Shown here: in pieces, positions 39,586 through 51,300 of the stretch | Numbering within the stretch: the stretch's first letter is position 1 | Layout: each line of letters begins with the position of its first letter | NCBI GenBank assembly: GCA_044224875.1 | Contig: JBGAJQ010000012.1 | Location: forward strand, 1 to 64,000 | Direction: 5' to 3' | Source: Gemmatimonadaceae bacterium | GTDB lineage: Bacteria; Gemmatimonadota; Gemmatimonadetes; Gemmatimonadales; Gemmatimonadaceae | DNA: 64,000 nucleotides | Program-made: the position numbers and the translations under genes | Notes under the pieces: generated by a model | What the model was told of the DNA's origin: nothing | The model's input: only the letters and a program-made list of their open reading frames with translations | Database searches by the model: none

Positions 39586-41955
39586 ATGTACACGGTTCGA
39601 CCTGTGGGCCTCCCCCTCGCGGCCCTCTTCACGCTGTTTCACGTAGCGCAGCTACCGGCGCAAGGCGTCTTTCATGCCCGAAAGGGGCAGACGACGGCGC
39701 ACATTCCTCGGCTGGATGCCACGGCCGTCATCGACGGCCGGCTCGACGAAGGGGCGTGGAATAGCGCGGCGCTGCTCACGGGGTTTTCGGCGTACCTGCC
39801 ACTCGACAATCGGCCCGCTGCCGACTCGACGGAGGTGCGGCTCTGGTACACGCCCACCGACCTTTACGTCGGCATCCGCGCCTGGGAGACGCACGGTCCG
39901 GTGCACGCCACGCTCGCCGCCCGCGACAAGTCGGATAGCGACGACAACGTCCAGCTCCTGATCGATCCCTTCAATGACCGCCGCCGCGCCTTTGTCTTTG
40001 GGGTGAATCCTCTGGGCGTTCAAACTGACGGCATGCGAACCGACGGCGGGAACACACCGCAGCCGAGGGGGCAGACATTTGGCGGTAATCCTCCAGCCAA
40101 CATCGACCTCAACCCCGACTTTGTGTTCGAGTCGAAGGGTCGACTCGTCAATGAGGGGTACGAGGTGGAGGTTCGTATCCCGTTCAAGAGCATTCGCTTT
40201 CAAGGCACGGATGAGCAGACGTGGGGCTTTCAGGTCCTGCGTTTCGTCCAGCACTCGGGTTATCAGCAGACCTGGACCCCGGCCAGGCGCGGCTCGGCCG
40301 CCTTCATTAACCAGTCCGGCACCCTCACGGGCATTGCCGGGTTGCGCCGGGACATGGTGGCGGAGTTCAACCCGGAGTTCACGGCTTCCCGGTCGGGTAG
40401 TGACCTCGACACCGCATATGCGTATGACGGCACTGCGGCGTTAGGTGGCAACCTGCGCTGGCGCGTGATACCCAATCTCACGTTGAACGCCACGGTACGC
40501 CCCGATTTCTCGCAGGTGGAGGCGGATGCGGCACAGATTCCGGGAGACACGCGCTTTTCCCTGTTCTTTCCGGAAAAGCGACCGTTCTTTGTGGATGGGA
40601 TCGAACAATTCGACGCGCCGGCGAACCTGATCTATACCCGGCGCATCGTGCAACCGGACGGCGCGGTGAAGCTGTCGGGGAAGTTTGGCCGCACAAACGT
40701 CGCGATGTTGTCGGCACTGGACGCCAGGTCGTCATCGTCGACGGGAACGGACCGCCCGCTCTTCACACTGCTTCGGGTCAAGCGCGACATCTTCGGCAGC
40801 TCCACCGCTGGGATGACCTTTACCGACCGCCAGGAGGGTTCACACTACAACCGCGTCGGCTCACTCGACTCGCGATTGGTTTGGCGCCGAGCGTACTCGT
40901 TGAACCTGACTGGCTCCCTGAGCAGCACGCGGAACGACAGTGGGACGCACACGGCACCGCAATGGGACATTAGCGCGTCGCGCTCTGGGTATCGGTTCGG
41001 TTATCTCTACTCGTTTACCGGGTTCGACCCGCACTTCGAGGCACAGGCCGGCTTCGTCCCGCGGAATGATTTCATTCGCACGCAGTTCTATAATCGCGTG
41101 ACGTTCTATGGACAACCGGGTGCCTTCGTGGAGAGCTGGTTGATCCGACAGGGTGCCGACTGGTTGTGGCTGTGGGACGGCTTTCGAAAGGGAGACGCTG
41201 TCCAGGAAACCAAGGTGCAGCTGGAGAACGTCATCAACCTGCGCGGTGGGTGGATCATCAGTGTCACACCGGTGAGCGAGGGTTTTCGCTTCGACCAACG
41301 CTCCTTTTCTGGCTATCGCGTCTTGCGGCAGCCGCGGACTGAGTTCAGTGCCCCGGACACACTCCCCTTCGCGGTCGGCGACAAGGTGCAGACGGCCGAG
41401 GCGCTGCTACGCGTGACCACTCCGCAGTATCGGTTTCTCTCTGGGCGATTCAGCTCCGTGCTCGGTCGCGACGTCAACTTCTTTGAAACCACGCCCGCGC
41501 ACCGAACCGATCTCACGGCCGATATCGACTTTCGCCCTTCGGCCCAGCTTCGCGTCACCACGTCGTACCTCTACAGCGTGTACACGCGCTGGAGCGACAA
41601 CTCGACATTCTCCACCGCCAACGTTCCGCGCCTCAAGGTGGAGTACCAACTCGGACGGCCCCTCTTTCTGCGCTTTGTTGGACAGTACGACAACCGCAAG
41701 CGCGACGCGCTGCGCGACTCTCGCACGGGGGAACCACTGCTGACAACGGTCAACAACACGCTGCAGCTGGCGGGAAAGTCTGCGACGCGCGATTTCCGCG
41801 CCGACTGGCTGCTGTCATTCGTGCCCAACCCCGGCACGGTGATCTTTGCCGGGTACGGCGCCTCGCTCACAGAGCCAGACGCCTTCCGATTCAGGGAGCT
41901 CCAGCGGGTGCGAGACGGCTTCTTCATCAAGCTCAGCTACCTCTTCCGCACCTGA
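39586..41955 (+). CDS. CBM9-like / DUF5916 outer-membrane protein
   Basis: IDGRLDE..W, FGVNPLGVQ, EVRIPFKSIRF, PDFSQVEAD, FPEKRPFF; barrel-like C-terminus KLSYLFR. Confidence 0.85.
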   Translation: MYTVRPVGLPLAALFTLFHVAQLPAQGVFHARKGQTTAHIPRLDATAVIDGRLDEGAWNSAALLTGFSAYLPLDNRPAADSTEVRLWYTPTDLYVGIRAWETHGPVHATLAARDKSDSDDNVQLLIDPFNDRRRAFVFGVNPLGVQTDGMRTDGGNTPQPRGQTFGGNPPANIDLNPDFVFESKGRLVNEGYEVEVRIPFKSIRFQGTDEQTWGFQVLRFVQHSGYQQTWTPARRGSAAFINQSGTLTGIAGLRRDMVAEFNPEFTASRSGSDLDTAYAYDGTAALGGNLRWRVIPNLTLNATVRPDFSQVEADAAQIPGDTRFSLFFPEKRPFFVDGIEQFDAPANLIYTRRIVQPDGAVKLSGKFGRTNVAMLSALDARSSSSTGTDRPLFTLLRVKRDIFGSSTAGMTFTDRQEGSHYNRVGSLDSRLVWRRAYSLNLTGSLSSTRNDSGTHTAPQWDISASRSGYRFGYLYSFTGFDPHFEAQAGFVPRNDFIRTQFYNRVTFYGQPGAFVESWLIRQGADWLWLWDGFRKGDAVQETKVQLENVINLRGGWIISVTPVSEGFRFDQRSFSGYRVLRQPRTEFSAPDTLPFAVGDKVQTAEALLRVTTPQYRFLSGRFSSVLGRDVNFFETTPAHRTDLTADIDFRPSAQLRVTTSYLYSVYTRWSDNSTFSTANVPRLKVEYQLGRPLFLRFVGQYDNRKRDALRDSRTGEPLLTTVNNTLQLAGKSATRDFRADWLLSFVPNPGTVIFAGYGASLTEPDAFRFRELQRVRDGFFIKLSYLFRT

Positions 41956-41967
41956 GCGAGGCTGCGC

Positions 41968-43149
41968 TCAGCTCGAACCCCGCTCCGTAAACTCCCGCGA
42001 CATCTGGATCACGTCGAAGTAGGACTGTATTCGTCCTTCGGTCATCGCTTTCAACAACTCTTGAATCGGCAGCAGCAACGTGGAGGAGCGCATGCCGAGC
42101 GTTGGTCCGGTGACCATCCCGCCATACCCGAAGACCGCGCGGATGAAGACCGAATTACTCGACAAGGGCATCGTTCCCACGCTGGCATAGTATCGGGTCC
42201 ATGCATCAGGCGTCTGGAACAGGTACTGCTCAACGTTCGACGTGTAGAACACGGCTACGCTCGCCTGATGCTCGCGCACCCATTGTCCCACGGCGCGCAC
42301 GGCCTTGTCGCCGGCAAAGTCGCCAGTAATCGGGACGATGAGATTTCGCGCCTCGAGATCCTTGAGCACGCGAAAGTTCGCTTCGTTGGCCAGGTAGCTT
42401 CGCGCAACGCCACCGCTGTCCGTGGCCACCATCAACTCAGCGTAGGTGGGCATGGCGCGCCGACCGTACGCTCCGTACGGCCCACGGCCGAAGCTGTACG
42501 TCAGGTCCGGACCGCCCAGCATGAACGCGGTGTGCACGTACTTCAGCGCGGCCAGGTCCTCGTCACTCAGCGTGAAGCCGTGGGTCTTCGTTAGGCGACT
42601 CACCAGCGACGCGTGCAACTTGTCGAAGCCGGCGCTGTCCGCGGCCACCTTTTGGTACGCCAGCAGCATGACTTCGGCAGTGCTGGCCGTATCCACATTC
42701 GCCGGCCTGGGACGGGAAAAGAGCATGGAAAGGAACTGCCCCCGGTCCTGGGCAATCTCGATCATCGCCTTGTACAGGAGATGCTGCAGCATGTTCTGCC
42801 GCCGAATGTCGATCACGAAGGCGATGGCAGGACGAAGCGACGTGATGTACGTGAAGTTTTGATCGGGCCCCACACCGACGTACACGGAGCCCGGCGGGAC
42901 GAACTCCTGCAGCCGTGGGATCACGGTCTGAAAGGCAGTCTCGTTGGAGACGAAGTTGTCGGAACGGAAGTAGCCACCGGGTTCCGACATCTCCGTGACC
43001 ATCTGCCAGAACGTCCTGTCGTCGAGCCGCGCTGGAATCGTCTGGGCTCGACTCGTCGAGAGCGGCGCCACGCCGAGAACCAGCAGCAGGGCGCATCGCA
43101 TAGCTCCCAACCGTGACCGGGGCCTGGATGCTCGAGCCGTTTTCGTCAC
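41968..43149 (-). CDS. Secreted conserved hypothetical protein
   Basis: Signal peptide; SEPGGYFRSDNFVSNE, YVGVGPDQNFTY, FYTSNVEQYL; GGAGG RBS before GTG. Confidence 0.75.
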   Translation of the reverse strand: MTKTARASRPRSRLGAMRCALLLVLGVAPLSTSRAQTIPARLDDRTFWQMVTEMSEPGGYFRSDNFVSNETAFQTVIPRLQEFVPPGSVYVGVGPDQNFTYITSLRPAIAFVIDIRRQNMLQHLLYKAMIEIAQDRGQFLSMLFSRPRPANVDTASTAEVMLLAYQKVAADSAGFDKLHASLVSRLTKTHGFTLSDEDLAALKYVHTAFMLGGPDLTYSFGRGPYGAYGRRAMPTYAELMVATDSGGVARSYLANEANFRVLKDLEARNLIVPITGDFAGDKAVRAVGQWVREHQASVAVFYTSNVEQYLFQTPDAWTRYYASVGTMPLSSNSVFIRAVFGYGGMVTGPTLGMRSSTLLLPIQELLKAMTEGRIQSYFDVIQMSREFTERGSS

Positions 43150-43272
43150 GTTCCCTCCGTGCCTAACGACCGGCGCCGCGTTCCGCAGATGGGCGCTTCG
43201 GGTGCCGGGCGTCTCGCAAGCTGCGGTCCGGTCGCTGCGCTGTAAAGTGCGCCTGCCCCGGCCCGGCTCGCC

Positions 43273-44040
43273 TTATCCCTCCGTTGGCTGACCACGCCCC
43301 CCGGCCATAACCGACTCCGCGTAGAGTATTCCCCGCGGCGTCCGCGACCCGTGCCACGACAGCAATTCCCCGTCCACAATCCGGAACCGGTCGACGGCCA
43401 AGCCGGTCTGCTCGGCCAGTTCGTCGGCGTGCCGGTCGGTGAACGGGAACGGTTCGGTGGAGAGCAGGACCAATTCGGGGTGCGCCTCCGTCAGCTCAAT
43501 AGGTGTCACCACAGGATACCGCACCGGACGTTTCCCGAACACGTTCTCCCCACCAGGGAGCTTCAACATCTCGGCGACGAACGTATCATCGCTCACCGTC
43601 ATCCATGGATCGCGCCAGATCAGGTACGCGTAGCGGACGCGCCGTGCCCCTGCCCTCGCGCGCACGTCCCGCGCTTGCTGCTCGATGTCGGCGGCAATGC
43701 GCTCGCCGGCCTCCGCCCGTTGCACGTTTCGGGCAATGGCACGCACCATCGCCGCGGTCTCCTCGGGTGTGCGCGGAAGCGACGCATGCACGCGTACTCC
43801 CTGCTCACGAAGGACGTCCGCATCTTCACGACGGTTCTCCTCCTCGTTCATGAAGACAAGGTCCGGCTGCAGGGCCACGATCCGATCGATCTTCGGGTTC
43901 TTTGTTCCCCCGACCCGCTCGACACGATCGACGTCGCCAGCAGGGTGAATGCAGAACCTCGTACGCCCGACCACCTGCTCCCCCACGCCAAGGTCAAAGA
44001 GAAGCTCAGTCAGGGATGGGCACAGGGAGACGAGCCGCAT
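43273..44040 (-). CDS. BtuF-like helical-backbone metal/cobalamin-binding protein (no signal peptide)
   Basis: RLVSLCPSLTE, VGRTRFCIHP, GGTKNP, EENRRED, EPFPF, DGELLSWHG. Confidence 0.85.
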   Translation of the reverse strand: MRLVSLCPSLTELLFDLGVGEQVVGRTRFCIHPAGDVDRVERVGGTKNPKIDRIVALQPDLVFMNEEENRREDADVLREQGVRVHASLPRTPEETAAMVRAIARNVQRAEAGERIAADIEQQARDVRARAGARRVRYAYLIWRDPWMTVSDDTFVAEMLKLPGGENVFGKRPVRYPVVTPIELTEAHPELVLLSTEPFPFTDRHADELAEQTGLAVDRFRIVDGELLSWHGSRTPRGILYAESVMAGGRGQPTEG

Positions 44041-44044
44041 GCGC

Positions 44045-44572
44045 CTAACGAAGCAAGTCCAGCTCGGCGTTGATCAAGTCGAGCGGCACCTTCACCGTGA
44101 TCGCGCGGGCTGACGGCGTCGCCCCGTCGGATGCTCCATCGTCGACTCCCGCTTCGGCACGCTCGTTCCAGGCGAAGGCTCCCCCGGCATTCAGCGGTGG
44201 CGCAATGCCTTCGCCACCCACACACACGGGCCATTGCATCACGCCGTCCCGCGCATGCACGCGCGCCACCCGAGCATGCACCAACCACGTGGACTTCTCA
44301 CCGTACTCGAACTCCAGCTCGGAACCCAGATCCGGGAGCAGCTGACGGAGCCGGATCTCGCTCAGCTCCCCGTTCCGTCGTGCCGACTCGAACTGCACGC
44401 CCGACGCGTGAAAGGAAAACGGACGGCCTCCCGCCCAACCGAAGCACACGCAAATGAGGCGCTGTGCACGCGCGAGCGTTGCCCCGGAGGACACGCGAAG
44501 CATACGCCACACCGGAGACTCGACATCCGGGAGGGTCAGCAGAAGATCGAAGATGGGAGGGGCCGATGCCAT
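44045..44572 (-). CDS. Plasmid pRiA4b ORF-3-like (MM3350-like) protein
   Basis: PVWRMLRV..TL, FGW, LRQLL, FEYG..W, PVCVGGEGIAPP. Confidence 0.72.
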   Translation of the reverse strand: MASAPPIFDLLLTLPDVESPVWRMLRVSSGATLARAQRLICVCFGWAGGRPFSFHASGVQFESARRNGELSEIRLRQLLPDLGSELEFEYGEKSTWLVHARVARVHARDGVMQWPVCVGGEGIAPPLNAGGAFAWNERAEAGVDDGASDGATPSARAITVKVPLDLINAELDLLR

Positions 44573-44660
44573 TCGCGTGTATCCGATAGCGGACGGGCGG
44601 ACTCCAACAGCGTCGCGCAGCTAGCCTCTGTACCCTGAATGTAGGAGCCTGATCAAGTGG

Positions 44661-44676
44661 TGGCACGCGGACCGCT
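44661..44676 (+). promoter_or_regulatory. Candidate sigma-54 promoter
   Basis: TGGCACGCGGACCGCT, perfect -24 box, GG-N10-GC, about 100 nt upstream of ATG 44777. Confidence 0.45.
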
Positions 44677-44776
44677 TTACGACGTTCGGGCACCGCGTTC
44701 TATTCCGACAGTGGTCAACGGTACACATCATGCCTTCGGCACAGGATCCTGCGCGCCACGCATCGGTAGTAGCGTC

Positions 44777-46543
44777 ATGACGATGCGCCGTTTCGTTCCA
44801 CTTTGGCTGCTCTTCTGCAGCAGCCTTCTGGCGATCCCAGCTCGGGCCCAAGTTCTGGATGTGCGCACGGTGACCCCCGACGCCGCCGGACCTTCGTCGG
44901 CGTCGCTGAAGGGGGCGCAACTCGGCTTTGAGGCGTTCCGGCGCGACCACCTCCTCGACATGAGCGTGGGCCGGGGGATCAACGGAACCTGTGACGAGCA
45001 AGTCGGGCGCTTCTGCTACTGGTACGACGATCGCTCGCCGCCGCCACCGAACGATCCCGTCATCATCAAGGAGGCACGGGACAAGTTCATCGCCCGGCTG
45101 GACTCGAACGCGCGCGCATTTCCTGCCGAGCGCTGGACGTCTGGACAGTTGGTTCGGTACCTGACGGAGGCGGGCCGATTCACCGAGGCGGTGGACGCGG
45201 CCAAGCGCTGTCGTGTTGAGGGATGGTGGTGTTTCGGGTTACGCGGCTTCGCGTTTCACATGGCCGGGGACTATCTGCTGGCCGACTCGGCATACGCGCA
45301 CGCGTTGGCCCTGATGCCTGAACGCGACCAGTGTGACTGGCGCGACTTGAAGTTGCTGCTGGACGACGTCCTGTTGAAGGACTACCGGGAGTTCAGCTGC
45401 GCGCGAAGTGCTGCGTTCGAGAGCCGGGTGTGGTGGTTGTCGCGACCGATGCTGTCATCGGCAGGGAACGATGCCCGCACCGAATACTACTCCCGGCTCA
45501 TGTACACGAAGTTCCTGGAAGACGGGCCCAGCGTACACGCGTTTGAGTTTGACGCCGACGAACGCGAGTTGCTGCTGCGCTATGGCTGGCCACGGACGTG
45601 GACGCGGGAGGGTTCGGCGATTGGCCCATTCGGCGCACGTGGGAATATCACGGGCCATGAGCCGACGCCGGCGCACCCCATGTTGCCCATGGCAACGTCC
45701 GTGCGGAACCCCGCCCTCTCCGATTCGTTAGGCTGGCGAGGGAAGGGCCTGCCCGGTGTGCGGGCGAGGTATCATGCCGACTATGCGCGGCGCCTGCTGG
45801 CCCTGCCGCATCAAGCCGCGTTGTTTCGTCGCGGTGACACGGCACAAGTTGTGCTCGCCTACGACGTCGGCGATGACACGGCGTTCACATCGGCAGCCAC
45901 GTCCAAGCACCTGACGGCGGCGTTGGTGCTGACGAGGGGCGAGGAGCGGGATGCGACCATCGTGCGGCTGGACGCCGCGCAAACCACCGGCGTGCTGGTC
46001 GCGCGTGCGCCCTGGGGACCTACACTCATCAGCGCCGAGGTGGCGGCACCCGACGCCCATGTGCTGTCGCGGGCGCGATACGGTTTGCGGGCGTCCGACA
46101 TGCCGGGTGCGCGCGTGCAGGTGTCGGATCTCTTGCTGTTCGATCCGTATCAGGACATGCCGAACCGCCTGGAAGACGTGGTGCCACACGCACGTTCCAG
46201 TGTGTCCCTCAAGGCGGACACCAAGGTCGGGATCTACTGGGAGACGTACAACACGCGGCCCACGGGTGAGGGCATGCAGGTTTCCATCACCGTGGCCCCA
46301 GAAGAACAGGAAGGGGGCAATTGGCTGCGCAAGGGTCTCACGGCCTTGCGCCTGGTCCGCGAGGCGAAACCGATCTCCGTAGGAATGCGCGATGTGTCGG
46401 CACGCGGTCTCGGGTATACCCCCCGTTCCGTGGTCGTGGACCTGGCCACGTTAAAGCCTGGTCGCTATGCGTTGGAGCTGGAAGTCACCGCCGACGGCAC
46501 GATTCCCGTGCGCTCATCCCGGATCATCAACATCGTGCGCTAA
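44777..46543 (+). CDS. Secreted hypothetical protein (helical N-terminal part with Cys pairs, RYGWP motif, Ig-like C-terminus)
   Basis: Signal peptide; CDEQVGRFCYW, LLRYGWP, SDLLL, IYWETY, PGRYALEL. Confidence 0.75.
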   Translation: MTMRRFVPLWLLFCSSLLAIPARAQVLDVRTVTPDAAGPSSASLKGAQLGFEAFRRDHLLDMSVGRGINGTCDEQVGRFCYWYDDRSPPPPNDPVIIKEARDKFIARLDSNARAFPAERWTSGQLVRYLTEAGRFTEAVDAAKRCRVEGWWCFGLRGFAFHMAGDYLLADSAYAHALALMPERDQCDWRDLKLLLDDVLLKDYREFSCARSAAFESRVWWLSRPMLSSAGNDARTEYYSRLMYTKFLEDGPSVHAFEFDADERELLLRYGWPRTWTREGSAIGPFGARGNITGHEPTPAHPMLPMATSVRNPALSDSLGWRGKGLPGVRARYHADYARRLLALPHQAALFRRGDTAQVVLAYDVGDDTAFTSAATSKHLTAALVLTRGEERDATIVRLDAAQTTGVLVARAPWGPTLISAEVAAPDAHVLSRARYGLRASDMPGARVQVSDLLLFDPYQDMPNRLEDVVPHARSSVSLKADTKVGIYWETYNTRPTGEGMQVSITVAPEEQEGGNWLRKGLTALRLVREAKPISVGMRDVSARGLGYTPRSVVVDLATLKPGRYALELEVTADGTIPVRSSRIINIVR

Positions 46544-46650
46544 GGCGAGGTGCGCTGGCGATTGCGGGATGCGTTGCTGGCGCCGACGGCCAGAGACATC
46601 GACCACGACAGGCGCCGGACATCCAGCTCACGCGCACCGCGCGCCCCCGG

Positions 46651-47871
46651 TCACGGCAAGGGCAATCTCACGAATCGCGGACGGTAGATGTCGGCGAACT
46701 GGAAGTGCTCGGCAAAGACCGTGGTGTTGACGTGATACGAGATGAGCAACTCACCAGGCTGCGACAGGTGCGGGTGCGCCTTCGCTCCATAGACGAGGAT
46801 GTTCGGCGTGAGTGTGATCTCGGGACAATGCCAGATGGGGATCGGGGCATCCCACGGCCCTACCGGCGACGCCCCGTAGCGCACGGCAATGTCGGCACCT
46901 AACGCGTCGAGCTGGAACACCATCAGATAGCGACCGTCGGCCAAGGGCGTCACGCTGAACTCCGACGACATCCGGTTCGTGAGTGGCACGGCGCTGGCGA
47001 TTTGCGTATTCCAGGTGGCGCCATCCCAGAAGCGATATCGCGAGAAGGTCCCTATATCCTTGGGTTTCACGCGGGCAACCAGGAGCTTCTTGCTGAAATC
47101 GTTGCGCAGGCCGTAGATGTACACGTAACCGTCGGCGAACGGCGCGCCCGCGGCGGCGGTATTCGGCATGAGCGCCTGCCCAAAGATCACCTCGCCATGC
47201 CCGCCGGCTGCCGGCAGGTACAACGGCGCGACTGCCTGCTTGTATGTGGAGAAGGGCGTGGGATTCGAGACATTGTCCGACAGGATCGATATCCCATCGG
47301 TCGCGAATGCGAAGGGGGGTGTGCCGCCGGGCTTCATTCGAAGGCTGAAGAGGACGTATTTGGTCCCCACGACCATCCCGTCGTTTGGCCAGAACCAGTG
47401 CTGGGACGACGTGTTGGGAATGATCCGCGCCCGTGGTGCGCCGCCTCCGGTCGTGCTCCAAATGAACTGCATCTTCGTGGAGTCTGGCTGATCGCCCTGC
47501 AACATCGCGATGGCGTTGTTCACGATGGTCGAGCCGGCCGTGCGTGATCCTTGCGGCGTTACCCCCCCAATGAACGTGTCGTTGAACCACCAGAGCGTGG
47601 TGCCGTTCGCTCCACTTCCTCGACGCTCGTCACCAGAGATCGGAATCGTGTATACGCCGTCTGCCCCCGTCCAACCACTCGTGCGATCGAACAACCTCGT
47701 CCAGTCGTCAGCCGCAACGGCGGAGTACGGCGTTACGTCCTGCAGGGAGGCGCGCGACTCCACAGCCGGCCCGGATATCGCAGAGGCCGCGCCCTTCGCT
47801 TCCAGGCCGCAGCCGGTCGCCAACCAGGTGAGCGCGCACAGGCGTCCTACAACAGTCAGGTAGCTCATCAT
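46651..47871 (-). CDS. DUF4185/DUF5005-like beta-propeller lipoprotein (putative glycoside hydrolase)
   Basis: LATGC lipobox; GWTGADG, WWFNDTF, FWPNDG, YVYIYG, YGAKAHP, YRPRF. Confidence 0.78.
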   Translation of the reverse strand: MMSYLTVVGRLCALTWLATGCGLEAKGAASAISGPAVESRASLQDVTPYSAVAADDWTRLFDRTSGWTGADGVYTIPISGDERRGSGANGTTLWWFNDTFIGGVTPQGSRTAGSTIVNNAIAMLQGDQPDSTKMQFIWSTTGGGAPRARIIPNTSSQHWFWPNDGMVVGTKYVLFSLRMKPGGTPPFAFATDGISILSDNVSNPTPFSTYKQAVAPLYLPAAGGHGEVIFGQALMPNTAAAGAPFADGYVYIYGLRNDFSKKLLVARVKPKDIGTFSRYRFWDGATWNTQIASAVPLTNRMSSEFSVTPLADGRYLMVFQLDALGADIAVRYGASPVGPWDAPIPIWHCPEITLTPNILVYGAKAHPHLSQPGELLISYHVNTTVFAEHFQFADIYRPRFVRLPLP

Positions 47872-48336
47872 CTCCGAACCTAGCGCACGGATCAGGGCCT
47901 CGAAAAGCAGGACGCGGCCCGAACCGATCCAGTGGAAGCCCTTCGCGTACGAGGACGCGCGCTTCGCCCACCAAGAACGCATCGGTCGCATGGCATTGAG
48001 CGATCGTGCGAACGGGAAATTCGGTCATTTTGCCCGAATTGCGGGTCTGGTTTTCGATCAGACTGCGTCAGCGACGAATCGCAAACGCACACTTCGGCCT
48101 TCGGCTGAGAGGAAGAATTTGGGATGATCTCGAGCTGAACACGAGCGCGAGGCGCGAGGTCGTTCGCGCTGGCAGCAACTGGACTTAGCTGCACTCGCAC
48201 ACCCGCTCGTCATCTGTTCCCTCAGCAGTGGCCGATTCGTCTTTCTGTGCAGACGAGGTGACTGCGGCCGGCCCAACCGGCCCAGAATCCACCCGGCCGT
48301 GCGCCTTGCCAGCGAAGGCCGGATTGCTCCGCTCCA

Positions 48337-51300
48337 ATGACCGACACCGTTCGACCCGCAAACGACGCATCCGCAGCCGATGCGCGCCGTCTTGCTTCTC
48401 CTGCGAATGCCGCGACGATCGAGTCGCTCATCGAACAGGGGCGGCTCGCGGAAGCGCGTGGTCAACGGGATTCGGCACGTGAGTTGTACGAACGCGCACT
48501 CCATCTCCTCGATCCATCCACCGGAGGCGAGCTCTCGGCATCTCTGTGGCTTGGCATCGGCCGCACACACTTCGACGCGGACAACCACACCGCTGCCCTC
48601 GATTGCGTGGAGTCGGTTCTTGCCCTCCCAACGTCGAGCATCTCGCACGCGGCGATCGCCTCGGCGTTGGAGCTGCGGGGGCGCGTGCGGTGGGCGCAAG
48701 GCAACCTGGAAGATGCACAAAACGACTTCCTGGGATCACGCCAGCGTGCGTTAGCCGGCGGACAGACGGGGCAGGCCGCCGCTGGCAGCGCCAACCTCGC
48801 GGCGTTGGCCCTCATCCGCGGCGAGTTCTCGGCGGCCCTCCTGCTCTATGAGACCAGCCTTGCCGAGTATCGGACGTTAGGCGACGATGCCAGCATCGCC
48901 ATGGTGCTGGGCCAGCTCGCCCCCCTGTACGCCGACCTTCGCCGGTGGAACGCCGCGGAGCAGGCCTTCGCGGAAGCCATGCAACTGGCGACCGCCCACA
49001 GCGATGCGCGGGCCTTACTGCGGTTGGAGCTGGCGAGGGCCGAAATGGCGATCGGTCGCTTCAATTACGAGCGGGCCGGCGCCTCCTGCGCTCGCGCGCT
49101 TGAGTTGGCGAAGAAGCTCGAGCCGCAGTCTGGGTCGCATGCCCACGCACTGGCGCTCAATGGCGTGGTCGCCCGAGAACTCGGCGACCTGCCGCGAGCT
49201 GAGCGGTTGCTGGATCAGGCTGAGCGCATGGCGCTCGATGCAGACGACTTGCTCGTGGCTGCCGAGACCGCGCGCGAAAAGGCGGACTTGTTCGGGCGGC
49301 TGGACCGGCACCAGCACACACTGCTGGCGTTGAACAAGGCGTATCGCCTGCTATCTCAGATGCGCGGCCGGCGCACGTTGTTGCAGATCGCCCGCCGGCT
49401 GCATCGTCTGGAAGAGGGGTTTGTCGACGTCGTGCGCCGCTGGGCGCAGCGCATCGAGTCCAAGGACCACGCCACCGCCGGCCACTGCGACCGCGTCGCT
49501 GAATGGACGACCGCATTGGCCCGCCGCATGGGCGTCGATGGCACGACGCTCTTCTGGTATCGCGTGGGGGCACTTCTCCACGACATCGGCAAGCTCGCCA
49601 TCCCCGCCGCGGTGTTGAACAAGGCCGGACGTCTCTCCGCGGACGAATGGGCGCTGGTGAAACGGCACCCCACGTTAGGTGCGGAGATGCTCACCGACGT
49701 CGACTTTCCGTGGGAAGTACGGCCGATCGTCGAATCCCACCATGAGTGCTGGGATGGTTCCGGCTATCCCCATGGTCTCTCCGGCAACCAGATTCCGCTG
49801 GCCGCGCGCATCTTTCACGTCGCCGACGTCTTTGATGCGCTCATCACGCGCCGGTCGTTCAAGCAGGCGTTGAGTCCCGAGGAAGCGATCGACGTCATGC
49901 GCAAGGACGTTGGGCGTCAGTTTGACCCGGCCGTGTTCAAGGCATTTGAAGAGCTGGTCCAGGAGCGCGGGGCGTCGGCGATGGCGGCTCCGAGCGTACG
50001 GGACGCAATCCACGTCATCGACGACACGCTGACGGCGGTCCCCGATCGCCGTTCGTTCTTTCAGACGGCGCGTGAGACACTGGCCGCACGGCGTGGCACG
50101 GCCCGGAGCGTCTCGATGCTCGCGGTCGACGTCGACCACTTCCGCCTGATCAACGACGCCTACGGCCGCCTGCAGGGAGACGACCTGCTGTGGGCGCTAG
50201 CCAAGGTCCTCCAGCGGGGAGTTCGAGCTGGCGACGTCGTCGGCCGCCGCGGCGAGGATGAATTCCTCGTCCTGCTTCCTGACGCGTCGCCGAAGGTGGC
50301 CAACGAGGTCGCCGAGCGGCTGCGCGCCGCGGCAGAGGCGATGCGCTGCGTGCGTCGCGATGCGCCCGACGAGACGATCGCGCTCACCATCTCGATCGGC
50401 ATTGCCAACGCACCGGCCGACGGGGATACGGCGGAAACACTCGCCGCGGGCGCCGACCGCGCGCTGTTCCGCGCCAAGCGCGCCGGACGGAATCGCGTCG
50501 TCGCCGATGAGCATGAGGCCACCGAGGGTATCGGCGCCCGTCTGTCGCTCGATCACTTCGTCGGGCGCGAAGAGGAGGTCAGGCAGCTGGTGACCTTGTT
50601 GGACTCCGCCGGGCGCGCGGATCCTCAGTTCGTCACGATCGTTGGCGAAGCGGGCATCGGCAAGTCCGCACTCCTTCGTCAGCTCGATCCAGAGGTTCGA
50701 CTGCGCGGCGCGGCGGTGGTGGTCGGCCAGTGTGCGGACGGCGAGATCAAGAGCCCACTCGCCCCATGGGTCTCGATTATTGAACGTCTGCACGAACGCG
50801 GAGCGGTTCCATCCCGCGAATGGCTGGCATTGTCGCAGCTGATCCCGGCGCTTCGACTTCCAGGTCTGGAGCCGGCAACCGCACCGACGTCGTCGCAGCT
50901 CATCGACGAGATCGTGCGGTACGTCCAGCTGGCGACGCGCGCGCACCCGCTGGTTCTCGTCATCGAGGACGCGCACTGGGCGGACTCGGCGACCTGGGAT
51001 GCCTTGGAAGCGCTCGCCGGCGCCGTGCAGCGAGAACGACTGCTCGTGTGCCTGACCATGCGAGCGGAGGAAGCGCGTGCCGTCGCGGATCGGCGCAAGC
51101 GACTGGGGCAACGTCGTCCCGTCCAGCAGCTGTCACTCCAGCGACTGTCGGTGGATGACTTGCGGCGTTGGGTTCAAGCCGCGTTCCATGACGGCGCGTT
51201 GGGTGACGAGTTCCCGGCGTTTCTTTACGAATACACCGAAGGGATTCCGCTCTACATCATCCACGTGCTGCGTGCGTTGTACGAGGAAGGTGGGATCTGG

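Noticed and set aside
44045..44572. pRiA4b ORF-3-like gene as evidence of an integrated plasmid or IS
   Set aside because: The family is commonly chromosomal; no integrase, transposase or replication genes are nearby.
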